A stretch of DNA of 64,000 bases, from the IMG/VR virus record IMGVR_UViG_3300047457_001149, positions 26,358 to 90,357 of that record, one strand, 5' to 3'. A program made the translations under genes and the position numbers. Under the pieces are notes generated by a model. That model saw only the letters and a program-made list of their open reading frames with translations. It made no database searches and was not told where the DNA came from. Numbering within the stretch: the first letter of the stretch is position 1; every line of letters starts with the position of its first letter. The DNA comes from a virus. Positions 9,234-19,783 of the stretch are shown piece by piece.

Positions 9234-9896
9234 ATGTCAAAGACGTACGAACTCAAAGCGGATCTCAGCCAGCGAGAGAAGATTTTGATCGCGGCAGCGG
9301 AGCTTGGGGCAGACACCCCCGAGGAGCCCATAGCGGCACACGACATCGTTCGGCGAGTGCACGCACGATTTCCAGAAGACTTCTCGCTCGGCGGGGAAGG
9401 TCCGCCGATGGCCGACAGCAACAAGGTGTTTGCTAAGCTGGCGGGCCCTGAGGGCCTGCGCGGAAAGGGGTACCTGGAGGCCGCGGGCACTCGACAATTT
9501 CGTTTGACCAAAAAGGGCTGGCGAGAGATCGCGCGGCTGACGGTGCCCGAACCGAAGCCTCTGAAAAAGAGGGTGCGAAAGCCAAAGCGCCTGGCCAACC
9601 TGAGCGCTGCCGACAAGCACTACGCCCGACACTACGCGAGCCTCCCGACGTTCCTGAAATCAACGCGGGGCGCGCCCCTCACCTACGCGGACGCGTGCAG
9701 CTTCTGGGGCGTCTCGCCTACTCGCCCGGACTTGACCAAGATTGAAGAGGCGGGAACTTTGTTCGAGCGGCTGGTGGCCGAACTCCGCGCGTACGACGTA
9801 AAGGATGCAAGCGTGCCCAGCTACGCGACGTGCGCTGGGCTACTGAACTTGCACTTGATGATGCGGAGAAGGTTTGCCGGGCAGCTGGGCGGCTAG
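9234..9896 (+). CDS. Hypothetical protein, possible N-terminal winged helix
   Basis: GLRGKGYLE...FRLTKKG resembles a wHTH wing; follows ruvC by 2 nt. Confidence 0.6.
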   Translation: MSKTYELKADLSQREKILIAAAELGADTPEEPIAAHDIVRRVHARFPEDFSLGGEGPPMADSNKVFAKLAGPEGLRGKGYLEAAGTRQFRLTKKGWREIARLTVPEPKPLKKRVRKPKRLANLSAADKHYARHYASLPTFLKSTRGAPLTYADACSFWGVSPTRPDLTKIEEAGTLFERLVAELRAYDVKDASVPSYATCAGLLNLHLMMRRRFAGQLGG

Positions 9897-12800
9897 GTGC
9901 GGACGCAGAGCAGGGCGGCGGGACGGAAGACGACGCTGGTGACAGCGAGATCGAAGACAGAAGGGGCGCCTGAAGCAAGTTGTACGTGCGCCTTCCCGTC
10001 GTTTCCAAGGAAAATTGGCGCGTGCGCAGCAAATCTTACGTCTTCGCTCTGCCCGCGACGCCGGACTTTGTACCCCGTCGCGCGCCAGATGCTTCGCGTG
10101 TTATTGACGTCGTAATTTGCGCCCGGGCTCGTTTGTAGAAGCAGATTCCATTCGGTCTCAAAGACGCCCAAACCCCCGGTCATGTTGGTCAAAATAAACC
10201 CAGCGTTAGTCACAGTTTCCGAACTGGTCGTGTTACCGACGGCGCCGGGGTATTCGTTTTGAAGGGCGATGACGTTACCCACTGGCGTTGCGGCTGTGAT
10301 GTAAAGGGAATTTCCGACGCCGTTAATAGCGGTCTGACAGGCGACAGCTACCTGAGCGTCAGTCCAGCCTAGCGTCAGATTTACTGCGACGGTGCCGGGG
10401 GGCGCCGCAGGAGACCCTGCAATTTGAAAGAAGAACGTTGTAGCGGGGTTTACTCCGTCGTTGATCGTGAACGTCTGCCCCGCGCCGATGCTTGCGGTGT
10501 CGACTGTCGTCAGAGACCCCGTCGCGGCAACGCCGCCGACGGCGTCCAGGGTGCCCGGGTAATTTGCCGCAAGGCGAAGCTGAACGCTCAGGTCGACCAT
10601 ATACCCGACCACTGTGTAGCCCGCGGGCAGGAATGGGGAAAGAGCTGTTTGGTTGACGAACGGCGCGATTGCGGCAGTGGTGTCTGATAGGGTCAAAAAG
10701 CTCGGGTTAATTGAGCTGCCGAGCACCAAGTCGTTAGCGCCCGAGGCCGGCAGCGGGATCGGTACGACGCGCGTATACATACTGCCGTGGTGGTGCGACA
10801 GCGACGCGTCCTTCGGCGTTCCGGATTCAATCCCGTTCAGCAGCCGGAAGTCGTCTAGGGCGAGAATGCGATTGGTGGTTCTGACGAGAGGGTAAAGCTC
10901 AGACCACGATACCGATTGGGTCCCCGTGACTGTGAGCGGGCTCAGAATGTAAACCGTCGTTGCGTTTATGACCGTAAGGATTTCCCATTTTCCGTTGTAC
11001 ACCGCCAGGGGTCCTGTGGTCGACAAGAGGAGCAGATGTCCTGCCGACCCAGCAGGGCCGCTGACCATGTTTGCCAGCCCAGAAATCTGGATGATGTTTG
11101 TAGAGGGGTTAGTGAAAGTGAGGGCCGCAGTGCCGGCGTTCCCTGTGCCTGCGGTATCTTGCTCGCTCCACGACGCTTCGAGCACCGTTTCAGAAAATTG
11201 TTGACCGAGGTTGTTGTGCCCGCGCCGGATCACGCCGTTGCCGTAGATCTGCTCGTCGGCGTAAACGCCGGGCACAGATGGAATGGTCTTTCGCCCCCGC
11301 ACCCCGGTCTGGGAATTCCCTTCGATGTGCGCCTTGTAGAATGTAAGGGTTGCGCCCGAAAGAGGCGTGAGCGGCAGGCTTGACAGCCCGTCAAGTGAAC
11401 AAAGAACGCAAGTAGGAACAGGGACAGTAAAGTTAATTGACTCAAGAAAGTAAAACCCGGCATTAAGCGGGTCGTTCTTGATTTCGACGACGACGTGTCG
11501 ATGGTTAGGCGACGTGTACGGCGCTTGAATTACCAATTCTTGCGACAGAAAGGTCGCTGAAGCTTGTGACAACGTGCTGAAAGTGATCGTCCCGCCGAGC
11601 ACTCCAGTAACGGGATTGTTGAGGGGAATGTCGACTGTGCTGCTGTTGTTATATGCGAACGGCAAAAGGGTAAGGTTCGCCAAGTCTTCTTTTTGGGAAG
11701 AAAGGGAGAAGAGGTTGCCTGGCGAATTTAGCGTGGACTGAATAAACCGTCCGCCCCCGGTAGACGTCGCCAAATCTTCAAAACGCTTTTGAAGGGGCGC
11801 CAGACCAGTCATTCGGTGCCCAGTTTCTAGCACTCGACGATTGATGCCGGCTGAGCTGTTGTTGAGGAGGTCCGCCAACGCCGCGCGGAGCGATCCTGAG
11901 ATAGCGTTCAGCGCCGTGTTCCCTACGCTGGCGACCCCACTGACACCTTCAAAGCCAACGCGACGGGCGCCGCTGGTGTTGGTAGAAAGGTCTCCCAGTT
12001 GCGCCACCACGGCGTCGAGCGCGTTTTCAACGGTTCCGGCGGGGAGAGCGGTGGGCGGCGTAGCTGCGTCTGCGTTCCAGTTCCCCGACCCGTCGTAGCC
12101 CACCAGGCTCGCCCCAGAGCTTCCCGGCGTAATCGCCGCCAGGAGCCGTCGAAGAGGGCCCGCTGCGCCGATCGGCGCAGGGGCGTCGCCGAGGCGGATG
12201 CGCGAGCCGTCAATGAAGACGAACTCAGTGATGCCGTCCTGTACCAGCAGCTTCCCGATCGGAACCGAGCCCGGAATCTTCTCGGGCTCCCGCCCCGTGT
12301 TGAAGAGCGAGTAGCCCGTCGGCGGCGTCGTGTTGGTCGTTTTGAACCCTGCCCGGTCCGTCGGGAGGTCGAAGATCGCCTGCCGCCGCCCGCCGCGCGG
12401 GTAGCCCGGGCCGACATACTCTTGCACCGGACCCGGCGGAAAGGCGATGGCGAGGCCTTCTCCGTCGCGCAGGCGGTTGTGGTTTACGCCGCTCACAACG
12501 GCCGCGAAGAAGGCCGCGAGCTGCGCCTGAGTTACGAGGTGCGCTTCGGCGTCGTAAGCCCCTTGCACCGCGCCGTTGCCGATAGTGACGGCGACGCTGC
12601 CGGGAGTCACGGCGGTGGAGGCGACGCGAAGGAGGTTCGCGACGCCAAAGGTGCCTTGCGACGTGACGTCAGCGTTGAACGCGGCGATGAACTGCGCGTG
12701 ATTGGGCACGCCGGACTGCGTGCCGCACGTGACGAGGATCTGAGTTCGAGGCGTCCCGGTTACGGCGAAGGTGAATGTGCCGGTAGCTGCCGAGGCGTTG

Positions 12801-13318
12801 AACTGGATCTGAAGGGCGATCCGATTCGCGCCGGTCGTCAGCGCCGTCGGATCAGAAAGGCTGTCGCCGTCAAAGTACCCGCGCTGGCCGGTCGACGCCG
12901 ATGACGCCGTAAACACCAGGGCGTCCACCGCGCTCGGGCCGAGGTAAGGGTTGTCGCCGAAGAACACGCGACCGCCCAAGTGGCGCCCGCCGCTGAACCG
13001 CCCCGGTGTGAGCGCGGGGTAGACGTAAAGGTCGGAGGTAGCGACGAGCTCAAATTCGCCGCTCGCCGGCACGGGCTCGGTGACGGAGAAGAGGGCTTCG
13101 GAGCGGAGGAGGAGGCTTCGGTCGTAGTCTGCGTAGTAGAGGAGGTCTTGCACCGCGCGGCGCAGGACTTCTGTCCGAGAACGAAGGTTCTCGACCGGCC
13201 GGTTTGTCGTACCAGACCAGATCACCTCGGCGTCTGCGACCGGGACGATCGAAGCGGCGTCGGCGTCGTTGTTGTCCGACCCCTGCTTGAACGAAATGTT
13301 CTCGTCGTAGTTAGGCAT
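9893..13318 (-). CDS. Tail fibre / receptor-binding virion protein
   Basis: 1141 aa; N-terminal TNRPVENLRSRTEVLR; repeated GASLVGYD / GARRVGFE fibre motifs; Gly/Thr/Ser-rich; follows baseplate genes. Confidence 0.7.
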   Translation of the reverse strand: MPNYDENISFKQGSDNNDADAASIVPVADAEVIWSGTTNRPVENLRSRTEVLRRAVQDLLYYADYDRSLLLRSEALFSVTEPVPASGEFELVATSDLYVYPALTPGRFSGGRHLGGRVFFGDNPYLGPSAVDALVFTASSASTGQRGYFDGDSLSDPTALTTGANRIALQIQFNASAATGTFTFAVTGTPRTQILVTCGTQSGVPNHAQFIAAFNADVTSQGTFGVANLLRVASTAVTPGSVAVTIGNGAVQGAYDAEAHLVTQAQLAAFFAAVVSGVNHNRLRDGEGLAIAFPPGPVQEYVGPGYPRGGRRQAIFDLPTDRAGFKTTNTTPPTGYSLFNTGREPEKIPGSVPIGKLLVQDGITEFVFIDGSRIRLGDAPAPIGAAGPLRRLLAAITPGSSGASLVGYDGSGNWNADAATPPTALPAGTVENALDAVVAQLGDLSTNTSGARRVGFEGVSGVASVGNTALNAISGSLRAALADLLNNSSAGINRRVLETGHRMTGLAPLQKRFEDLATSTGGGRFIQSTLNSPGNLFSLSSQKEDLANLTLLPFAYNNSSTVDIPLNNPVTGVLGGTITFSTLSQASATFLSQELVIQAPYTSPNHRHVVVEIKNDPLNAGFYFLESINFTVPVPTCVLCSLDGLSSLPLTPLSGATLTFYKAHIEGNSQTGVRGRKTIPSVPGVYADEQIYGNGVIRRGHNNLGQQFSETVLEASWSEQDTAGTGNAGTAALTFTNPSTNIIQISGLANMVSGPAGSAGHLLLLSTTGPLAVYNGKWEILTVINATTVYILSPLTVTGTQSVSWSELYPLVRTTNRILALDDFRLLNGIESGTPKDASLSHHHGSMYTRVVPIPLPASGANDLVLGSSINPSFLTLSDTTAAIAPFVNQTALSPFLPAGYTVVGYMVDLSVQLRLAANYPGTLDAVGGVAATGSLTTVDTASIGAGQTFTINDGVNPATTFFFQIAGSPAAPPGTVAVNLTLGWTDAQVAVACQTAINGVGNSLYITAATPVGNVIALQNEYPGAVGNTTSSETVTNAGFILTNMTGGLGVFETEWNLLLQTSPGANYDVNNTRSIWRATGYKVRRRGQSEDVRFAAHAPIFLGNDGKAHVQLASGAPSVFDLAVTSVVFRPAALLCVRT

Positions 13319-13324
13319 GACTCC

Positions 13325-13810
13325 TCAGGAAGTGACGGCGATGCGCCAGGTGTAGGTGACCGTGATCGCGCTGGTCTTGACGATGTCGGGGTGAACTTGG
13401 CGCGCGAACATCTGCCCGTTGCCCATGAAGAGCCCAACTTCGCGAAGGGTCTGCCCGACAGCTTGAGAGGTCGTAAGAGACCCGGTGACGATGAGCTCCC
13501 CCGTGGCGGGTAGAACCGTGCGCGACCCGGCGCTCAGCGTGATCGCGTCGCCCGGGAGGCCGCCTCCGAGCGCGATGTCGCCAGTGGTCGGAGGCGTCCC
13601 TACGGTCCCGGGGACCAGTTGAACGAAACGCCAGTCAGTCGGCGAGCCGGTGTCCTGCGACCAGAGGTAGAGCGGCGAGTTCAGCCCAGCGAGCACGATC
13701 GTGTTACGGATCGCGTAACGCCGTAAAGGGCGGATTTCCCCCAGGTGGAAGATCTCTACCTGCAGGTCTCCCCGGAGGCGGACCGCTTCAAGTCTGGTAT
13801 TGTCGCTCAC
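13325..13810 (-). CDS. Baseplate / tail-fibre attachment protein
   Basis: LREVGLF...MFAR...IVKTSAITVTYTWRI, typical of tail-collar N-terminal domains. Confidence 0.7.
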   Translation of the reverse strand: MSDNTRLEAVRLRGDLQVEIFHLGEIRPLRRYAIRNTIVLAGLNSPLYLWSQDTGSPTDWRFVQLVPGTVGTPPTTGDIALGGGLPGDAITLSAGSRTVLPATGELIVTGSLTTSQAVGQTLREVGLFMGNGQMFARQVHPDIVKTSAITVTYTWRIAVTS

Positions 13811-16800
13811 GGCCCAAGGGTAATCTGAACCGCTCGATCCACCAAGCCCATCTGCTGCGGAGTTTGAGTGGGCGCGCGGACAACTCGCGGGTTGGTCGCG
13901 CCGTAGGCCAGGCGAGTCTCGCCAGGGTCGAGCGGGTCGCCAGAGGCGCGAATGCGCCGGATACAGTGTACGTACCGGACGAGGTTCGACAGCAAGTTGT
14001 CGAAGGACGCAGACGGCAGAATCGTCAACGTGCTCGTGGCGTAGTCCACGGTGTAGTCGACGCCCTCAGCAGGGCGCCGCGCGCCGCCGTTGACGGTCAC
14101 CGCCGAGTCGAAGCGCACCTTCACGAGCGAGGTCTGCACGTCGCCGACAGGCAGCGGCGCGGTCGCGGGCAAGGGGTAGGTCCCGGCGGCGCCGGCGATC
14201 GTCGTCGAGTCGTCGCGGTAGCGGAACGCGTCTCCGTAGCGCACGCCGTCGGTCGGTGCGTAGCGCAGCACGTTGTCGACGCTGAAGAGCGCCTCGGTGT
14301 AGAAAGGCCCGTAGCCGACGACGAAGTCTTCGAGCACGCGGAGACGGTCACTGAAGTCCGTGAGCGCGTCCAGGTAGATGTACGTGTGCGAAGGCTTCGC
14401 CTCGCGAATCAGGCGCGTGATGTCTTCAACAAACTCCGCCGGCAGGACGACGTTGCGGTCGATGCGGATCGTGATCGCGTGGTACTTCAAGAAGCGGTCC
14501 ATCATCACGAAGGCCACAGTGCGTCGGTAGAGGAGCGGCGGGAGCTCGACGTCCAGCTGCACGGGCGGGACGAAGGTCGAGGCGCTCGGCGGCGGGAAGC
14601 GGTCGAGGACGACCACTTGATGCTCGATGCTCGACGGCGAAAGCGGCGTCGCGATACTGCGGATCGGGTAGGAGCCCGCGAAGCCCGGCGTGCGAATCAC
14701 CAGGGCTTGGCCTACGTCTCGCATTCTGGCCAGCGGAGTTCCAGGTGGGAATGCGAACTGGACGGAGTCTGCGCCGAACCAGAACGCCGTGCCTTGTCGC
14801 CGCTGCCCCGGCATCGCCTCGTCGTTGACGCCGTAAGCCACGCCAAAGTCGCCGAAGTTCGCTCGGTCGAGAGGGTTGTAGACGTGCTCGATGTACTCGG
14901 GCGACACGCGCCGCCGCTCCGGCGTATCGACGTCCAGCTGCAGCACCTGATCGGGGATGACGACGTGATGCCACCACGTCGGATCGCGGACGTAGTCGAT
15001 GACCTGGAACGCGGTAGTCAGCGCCTCGAACGCGCGGAGGGTCAGGTAGCCCGCGTTGGCGGGGTCGGCGATGTCGCTGCGGACGGGGGTGGTGAGCGGC
15101 AGCGCGTAGGTGCTCTGCGAGGTCACCACAGTCTGCTGGTTAACTCGGGAGATGAACCAGCTGAGCGCCGTGGCGTCGTCGAGTCCGTAAGGTGCCTCAA
15201 GCACAACGGTGGAGGCGTCGTCGACCGCGAGGATCTTAAACGTGCCGTTGTTCCTTGACGCGTTGGCGTTTCGAATCGTGATCGTCCCGTTGACGTCTTC
15301 TTGCGCGAACGCGAAGCTGCCCGCGCGGAATCGCGTAGTCAGTTGCGCGTGCTGAAACTCCCAGTAGTCGACCGTCTGATTCGGAGGAGGCGGCGCCACT
15401 TGAACTACGGTCGAGCTGATTACCGCTGTGACGACGTACTCCTCCTGCACGTCGACCGTTCGCACCAAGAGGCGCGCGCCGATGTCGGTCGAGAAGAAGG
15501 CGGCCGACGGCACTGTCAAGCTGCTGTTCGCGGCCGAGAAGACGCCGTTCCTGCCGCTGGCGTAGTCGATCGTCTGCCCGTCGGTGCCGGTGAAGATGAC
15601 GCCGCTGTCGTACGAGAGGAGTAGCTCGTTGTCGTCGTTGATGACCGGCAGCTCCGCCATGACGTTCAGGGCGCTCTCAAAGCGTTCGAGCGTCGGTCCG
15701 AGGAGAAAGAGCTGCGCGACGCCGCGAAGGAATGTTCGGTACTGCTCGCTCGTCGGGCGGCGGTAATCGAGCATGTACCCAAAGTTGTTGTAGAGTGCGT
15801 TCTCGTCAATCTCGACGTCCGTGCCCCAAAGGGCGAGCGTGCGGACAGTCCGACTCTTGGCGAACGCGAAGGGCGTCGGAGTCGGGTTGACGTGGGTGTA
15901 CGTCACGACCTCCCGCCGCCACGTGTAGTTGACGCGCGGTGCGGCGATCGGACTCCACGGCGTCAGGATGACCAGCTGCCCCGCGTCGTAGTTTACGACG
16001 TAGTCGAGGCCTTCTTGTACCGCCTCGCCCGCGCGCAAGAGGCGGAAGGTGCCGTCGGGGGCCATGGCGCGGACAGTAAAGGCGCGGGTGCCGGCGACGG
16101 AGAAGGTGCCGGGCACGAGATAGGTCTGTGGCAGCGTGATGACCGGGCGCGGGCCTGCTGTGTAGGTTCCTGACATCCCGACGATCACGAGGTCGACCCG
16201 GTTTGACAGCGTCGCTTCGAAGTTGATCGAGCGGTCGAGCGTCAGCACTCCGCCAAGGGAGGAGGCGCACCGCGCCAGCCCGCAATTGAGCGGGCTCTCC
16301 CCGGAGGACACGTACACATAAGCGCCAGTGAGCGGCAGCCAACGAGCAGGGTCGAACGCCGCGCCGGAGATGTGCGCGGACCGGGCCCATTGTGCGACGC
16401 CAAGGTACTCCACGACGTCGCCCGCCGCGTAGCTAGTGAGCGGCGCCCACGTACCTTGGTAGAAGGGCTCTCCAGCGACGGTGACGGTCTTTGTTCCTGG
16501 CACCGAGGCTCCGTCCGTCGTCGTCGGCGCGAAGCGAAGAGCGATGCTCGGGCGCGCGGGCGGCAGCACTCCAACACGTACAGCGTCGAAGGGCGTTCGG
16601 ACGACGCTGACTGCGATGGTCTTCGACGAGAAGTCTTGGACGTAGTCGGGCTGCTTCACGGCCAAGTAGAGGACGTTGCCGTCAATCCCTGTGATGCGGG
16701 TGTACGTCGGGTCTCCGCCGCCGAGGATCTTCAAGCGAAAGAAATCACCAACGCGAGCGCCTGCAGCGGCCCAGTTGTTTCCCGAAGGGTCTGTGAACAT

Positions 16801-17277
16801 CGCGGGCGCGACCTCCTCGACGTATCTCACGGGGAACAGCGGCAGGCTCGCGCCTGCGCCGTCTACGTCGAAGAGGTTTGACTTGAAGCTGACGCCGCCG
16901 GCCTCGACGAGATAATCTCTAAGCGCCAGGAGAGTCGCGGTGGGCGCCAGCACCTTGTTTGTGAAAGTGCGTGCGCCAGCGATCGTCAGCCCCTCTTGCG
17001 TGTACGCGTAAGTGTCGTCCGCGGGAGAGTGGCCTTCTTGATAGAAGAGCTGGCTTTCCCGAATCTCCAAGTACTTGTAGTAGTGCTTACTGAAGAGGGG
17101 GACGTGCCTGAGACTCGTGCCGAGAACAGTCTGCAAGAGCTCCAGGTAAAGCTGTCCGAGGTTGATCTGCGCGCCGTCAAAGTACGCGCGAAGGTCCCTG
17201 GCGTCCGTAAAGAAGGCGTTCCAAAAGGCTGACAGCGCGTTGATGAAGTTCTTCGACGGATCGTTGAGAAGCGGCAT
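13807..17277 (-). CDS. Large baseplate wedge-like protein
   Basis: About 1156 aa from MPLLND; LYNNFGYML, IREAKPSHTY, EGVDYTVDY repeats, CBM5/12-like WAPLTSYAAGDVVEY; next to baseplate J-like gene. Confidence 0.7.
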   Translation of the reverse strand: MPLLNDPSKNFINALSAFWNAFFTDARDLRAYFDGAQINLGQLYLELLQTVLGTSLRHVPLFSKHYYKYLEIRESQLFYQEGHSPADDTYAYTQEGLTIAGARTFTNKVLAPTATLLALRDYLVEAGGVSFKSNLFDVDGAGASLPLFPVRYVEEVAPAMFTDPSGNNWAAAGARVGDFFRLKILGGGDPTYTRITGIDGNVLYLAVKQPDYVQDFSSKTIAVSVVRTPFDAVRVGVLPPARPSIALRFAPTTTDGASVPGTKTVTVAGEPFYQGTWAPLTSYAAGDVVEYLGVAQWARSAHISGAAFDPARWLPLTGAYVYVSSGESPLNCGLARCASSLGGVLTLDRSINFEATLSNRVDLVIVGMSGTYTAGPRPVITLPQTYLVPGTFSVAGTRAFTVRAMAPDGTFRLLRAGEAVQEGLDYVVNYDAGQLVILTPWSPIAAPRVNYTWRREVVTYTHVNPTPTPFAFAKSRTVRTLALWGTDVEIDENALYNNFGYMLDYRRPTSEQYRTFLRGVAQLFLLGPTLERFESALNVMAELPVINDDNELLLSYDSGVIFTGTDGQTIDYASGRNGVFSAANSSLTVPSAAFFSTDIGARLLVRTVDVQEEYVVTAVISSTVVQVAPPPPNQTVDYWEFQHAQLTTRFRAGSFAFAQEDVNGTITIRNANASRNNGTFKILAVDDASTVVLEAPYGLDDATALSWFISRVNQQTVVTSQSTYALPLTTPVRSDIADPANAGYLTLRAFEALTTAFQVIDYVRDPTWWHHVVIPDQVLQLDVDTPERRRVSPEYIEHVYNPLDRANFGDFGVAYGVNDEAMPGQRRQGTAFWFGADSVQFAFPPGTPLARMRDVGQALVIRTPGFAGSYPIRSIATPLSPSSIEHQVVVLDRFPPPSASTFVPPVQLDVELPPLLYRRTVAFVMMDRFLKYHAITIRIDRNVVLPAEFVEDITRLIREAKPSHTYIYLDALTDFSDRLRVLEDFVVGYGPFYTEALFSVDNVLRYAPTDGVRYGDAFRYRDDSTTIAGAAGTYPLPATAPLPVGDVQTSLVKVRFDSAVTVNGGARRPAEGVDYTVDYATSTLTILPSASFDNLLSNLVRYVHCIRRIRASGDPLDPGETRLAYGATNPRVVRAPTQTPQQMGLVDRAVQITLGP

Positions 17278-17278
17278 T

Positions 17279-19336
17279 TCAGACTCCTCGCTGCTGAAGT
17301 GCCAGCTCGTCTGCGTCCGCAAGATACCGCACGGTGCGGTCGCTCACCCCGAGGTTCAGGAGCTGCCGACGCAGTTGCGCCTCGTATCCTGCCGCAGGCA
17401 GGCCGAAGTCGAGGGGGTTGGTCAGCCGCGCCGAGCTTGTCACGCCGTTGTCCGGAAACAGTGTGACGATGTCCTCCGTCTCGTAGCGGTACACCTTGCC
17501 GTCGGGCGACAGGAGCTCGTAGCTGATCGTGAACGGGTACGTCGCGGCGATGTTGACGTCAGCCTCCTTCGCGACAAGAGACAGCGCGCCAGTGTCTGGG
17601 CGAGTTCCGAACGGGGTTGCGCCGATGAAGGTCACGAGCGCCGACACGACGGTCTCCTCGCTCACCGGGAATGACGCAACAGGGTTGAACACGTCGAGCG
17701 TGTTGCGCGGGAGGATTCGCGGACGATACGGGATCGAGAAGGAGAGGTAAACGGGATGGTGGGACCGGACAAGCGGGTTGGCGCCGACCGGACGATTGAA
17801 GTCGTCGGTCACGTACGCGGAGATGGCGTCGAAGTTAACCACAGACGTGTAGGTGACTTCGAGGATCAGTCCCGTGAGGTCCGCCGCCGGCCAGCCCACT
17901 TCGACCATGGTCACCGCTTTGGTCGATTGCGCCTCCTGAGGGTTCTTGCACGTGACGTAGTAACCGAGCTCCGTGCCGGGCGCGGGAGTCGTGGCCACGG
18001 GGCTGTTTCGCCGGTCAGTGAAGCGGACGGTGCCGGTGACGAGGTCGCGGTAGGGGTCGTACTGCGCGGGGGCGCTCAGGAGCACCGCTTGCTTTACGCG
18101 GTACACCGGACGCCCGGAGAGCATGACGCGGTTGTATTCGCGGAAGCTCCGAGACGTCGTCGCGGAGGTCGTCGGGCCCCGCGTCAGCTTGTTGTTGAAG
18201 AGCGGATAGTTGTTGCCGACGCGGTAAGCGAGGGCGGGAATGGGGCTCTCTTCGTCTGTCGCGATATCAAACGGGACGCGGGCCGACACTTCAATCTCGT
18301 CTGGTCGCACCGCTGTGATGACGTATTGGAACGGAGAGTTAGGTGTACCGCTCTCGATCACCAGAGTGTCACCGACCACGACTCCGTACGCCGAGAAGGT
18401 GCCAAGCGGCAGGGCTCCGTCTCGCAGGACCGTGATCAGATTGTCCGGGCGTGGCGCGAGCGCGTTGATCTCGATGCGCTCAACAATCTCCTGCGGCTCC
18501 AGCTTGGCGTAGAGATCGACGTGCCCGCCGACGTGCAGGCGGTACCCCGACGCGGGGTCGGAGGCGATGTCGCGCTGCATCTCGGGGTCGCCGTAGCCCA
18601 CGGTGAGCAGCTGCTGGATCTCGGGGAATTGCTCGCCCCGAAGAATCGCGTCGTTGGATCGTGCGTTGATGAGCGCGCGAAGCGAGAAGGCGTTTGACGA
18701 CGTCGAGATGAACTCTGACGTCGACTGCATGTCGTCGCCGAAAGCGAAAGCCTGGGTGTTTTCGGCGTAAGAAAGGAACGGAGAGAAAGGGTCGACTCCT
18801 ACAAAGCGGCCGGCCGGCTGGTTATAGACCGCGCCTACTCGGGCTGCCGTGAGGTTGACCTGAACGACGTAATCAATCACTCGCCCCGAAGAGTCGAGAT
18901 TTGGGCGAAGCTCGCTAGAGCTGATGAAAAGGTCCGTCGTCCCGGAGATGTAGAACACCAGCTGCGGCGTCTTGAAGAACCGCGTCCGGCGCGGGATCAG
19001 TAGATCCACCTTCTGCGTAAAATGCAGCGTCACTTGGCCTTTGGCGAAGCGACCTTGATCCCGCGTCAGGTAGAAGTTGGCGAGAATCGCGTCCGCCGCG
19101 TCGCGCACGCTCTCGGCGTCACCGAGCTGCGAGATGTCACGCAGCGACAGGCGGTTCCTGAGCTCAATGAGCTGCTGACGGAGGAGCGCGTAGACCGTAG
19201 CGTGCCCGTCGACGATCGTGTTGCCGAGGACTGACCCTTGGCTGTAGTCGTGATCCGGGTTTCGTGACGTCAGGACGTCGCGTAGGAGCTGGGCGGCTTC
19301 TTCGACGTCTTCTTGGTTGATGTCGTACTCTGCCAT
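17279..19336 (-). CDS. Baseplate J / wedge protein
   Basis: DYSQGSVL, ILANFYLTRDQGRFAKGQVTLHF, AARVGAVYNQPAG, GGHVDLY. Confidence 0.8.
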   Translation of the reverse strand: MAEYDINQEDVEEAAQLLRDVLTSRNPDHDYSQGSVLGNTIVDGHATVYALLRQQLIELRNRLSLRDISQLGDAESVRDAADAILANFYLTRDQGRFAKGQVTLHFTQKVDLLIPRRTRFFKTPQLVFYISGTTDLFISSSELRPNLDSSGRVIDYVVQVNLTAARVGAVYNQPAGRFVGVDPFSPFLSYAENTQAFAFGDDMQSTSEFISTSSNAFSLRALINARSNDAILRGEQFPEIQQLLTVGYGDPEMQRDIASDPASGYRLHVGGHVDLYAKLEPQEIVERIEINALAPRPDNLITVLRDGALPLGTFSAYGVVVGDTLVIESGTPNSPFQYVITAVRPDEIEVSARVPFDIATDEESPIPALAYRVGNNYPLFNNKLTRGPTTSATTSRSFREYNRVMLSGRPVYRVKQAVLLSAPAQYDPYRDLVTGTVRFTDRRNSPVATTPAPGTELGYYVTCKNPQEAQSTKAVTMVEVGWPAADLTGLILEVTYTSVVNFDAISAYVTDDFNRPVGANPLVRSHHPVYLSFSIPYRPRILPRNTLDVFNPVASFPVSEETVVSALVTFIGATPFGTRPDTGALSLVAKEADVNIAATYPFTISYELLSPDGKVYRYETEDIVTLFPDNGVTSSARLTNPLDFGLPAAGYEAQLRRQLLNLGVSDRTVRYLADADELALQQRGV

Positions 19337-19339
19337 GGC

Positions 19340-19783
19340 CTAGCCAATCCTCGCGTACGGAATGAGAACAGGGAGGGTGCTCTGCGCGCTGTTTGTCAGG
19401 CGCACCCAAATGTCGAACGCGTTGTCGCTGAGCTGTGTGAACCTCGTAAGGCTCACGGTCTGCAGCGTTTCGGTGTCCGGCAAGTTCCGCCGGAACCGCT
19501 GCATTTGTTTCAGCTGTGTCGTAGCGTCATCGATGTACTCCAGCACGGCGGTCTGCACGGTGCCAAGATCGACGACGTTGTTAGACAGAAGGTACGGGAA
19601 GTTGGTGCCCTCTGTTTGGCGCCACGGATGAGAGCCCTTAGGGGTCAAGAACAACATCAGCCACTGGTCGGCGAGCTTCTGTATCCCCTCCACCCGGATC
19701 GGGTTGCCGAAGCCGAGCGTGAAGTTTCCGAGCGCACGCTGTTGCGCTGGGTCGATGAGCTGGATGTGAAGATCTTTCGACAT
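19340..19783 (-). CDS. Baseplate gp25/W-like protein
   Basis: GIQKLADQWLMLFLTPKGSHPWRQTEGTNF; directly upstream of J-like gene. Confidence 0.75.
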   Translation of the reverse strand: MSKDLHIQLIDPAQQRALGNFTLGFGNPIRVEGIQKLADQWLMLFLTPKGSHPWRQTEGTNFPYLLSNNVVDLGTVQTAVLEYIDDATTQLKQMQRFRRNLPDTETLQTVSLTRFTQLSDNAFDIWVRLTNSAQSTLPVLIPYARIG

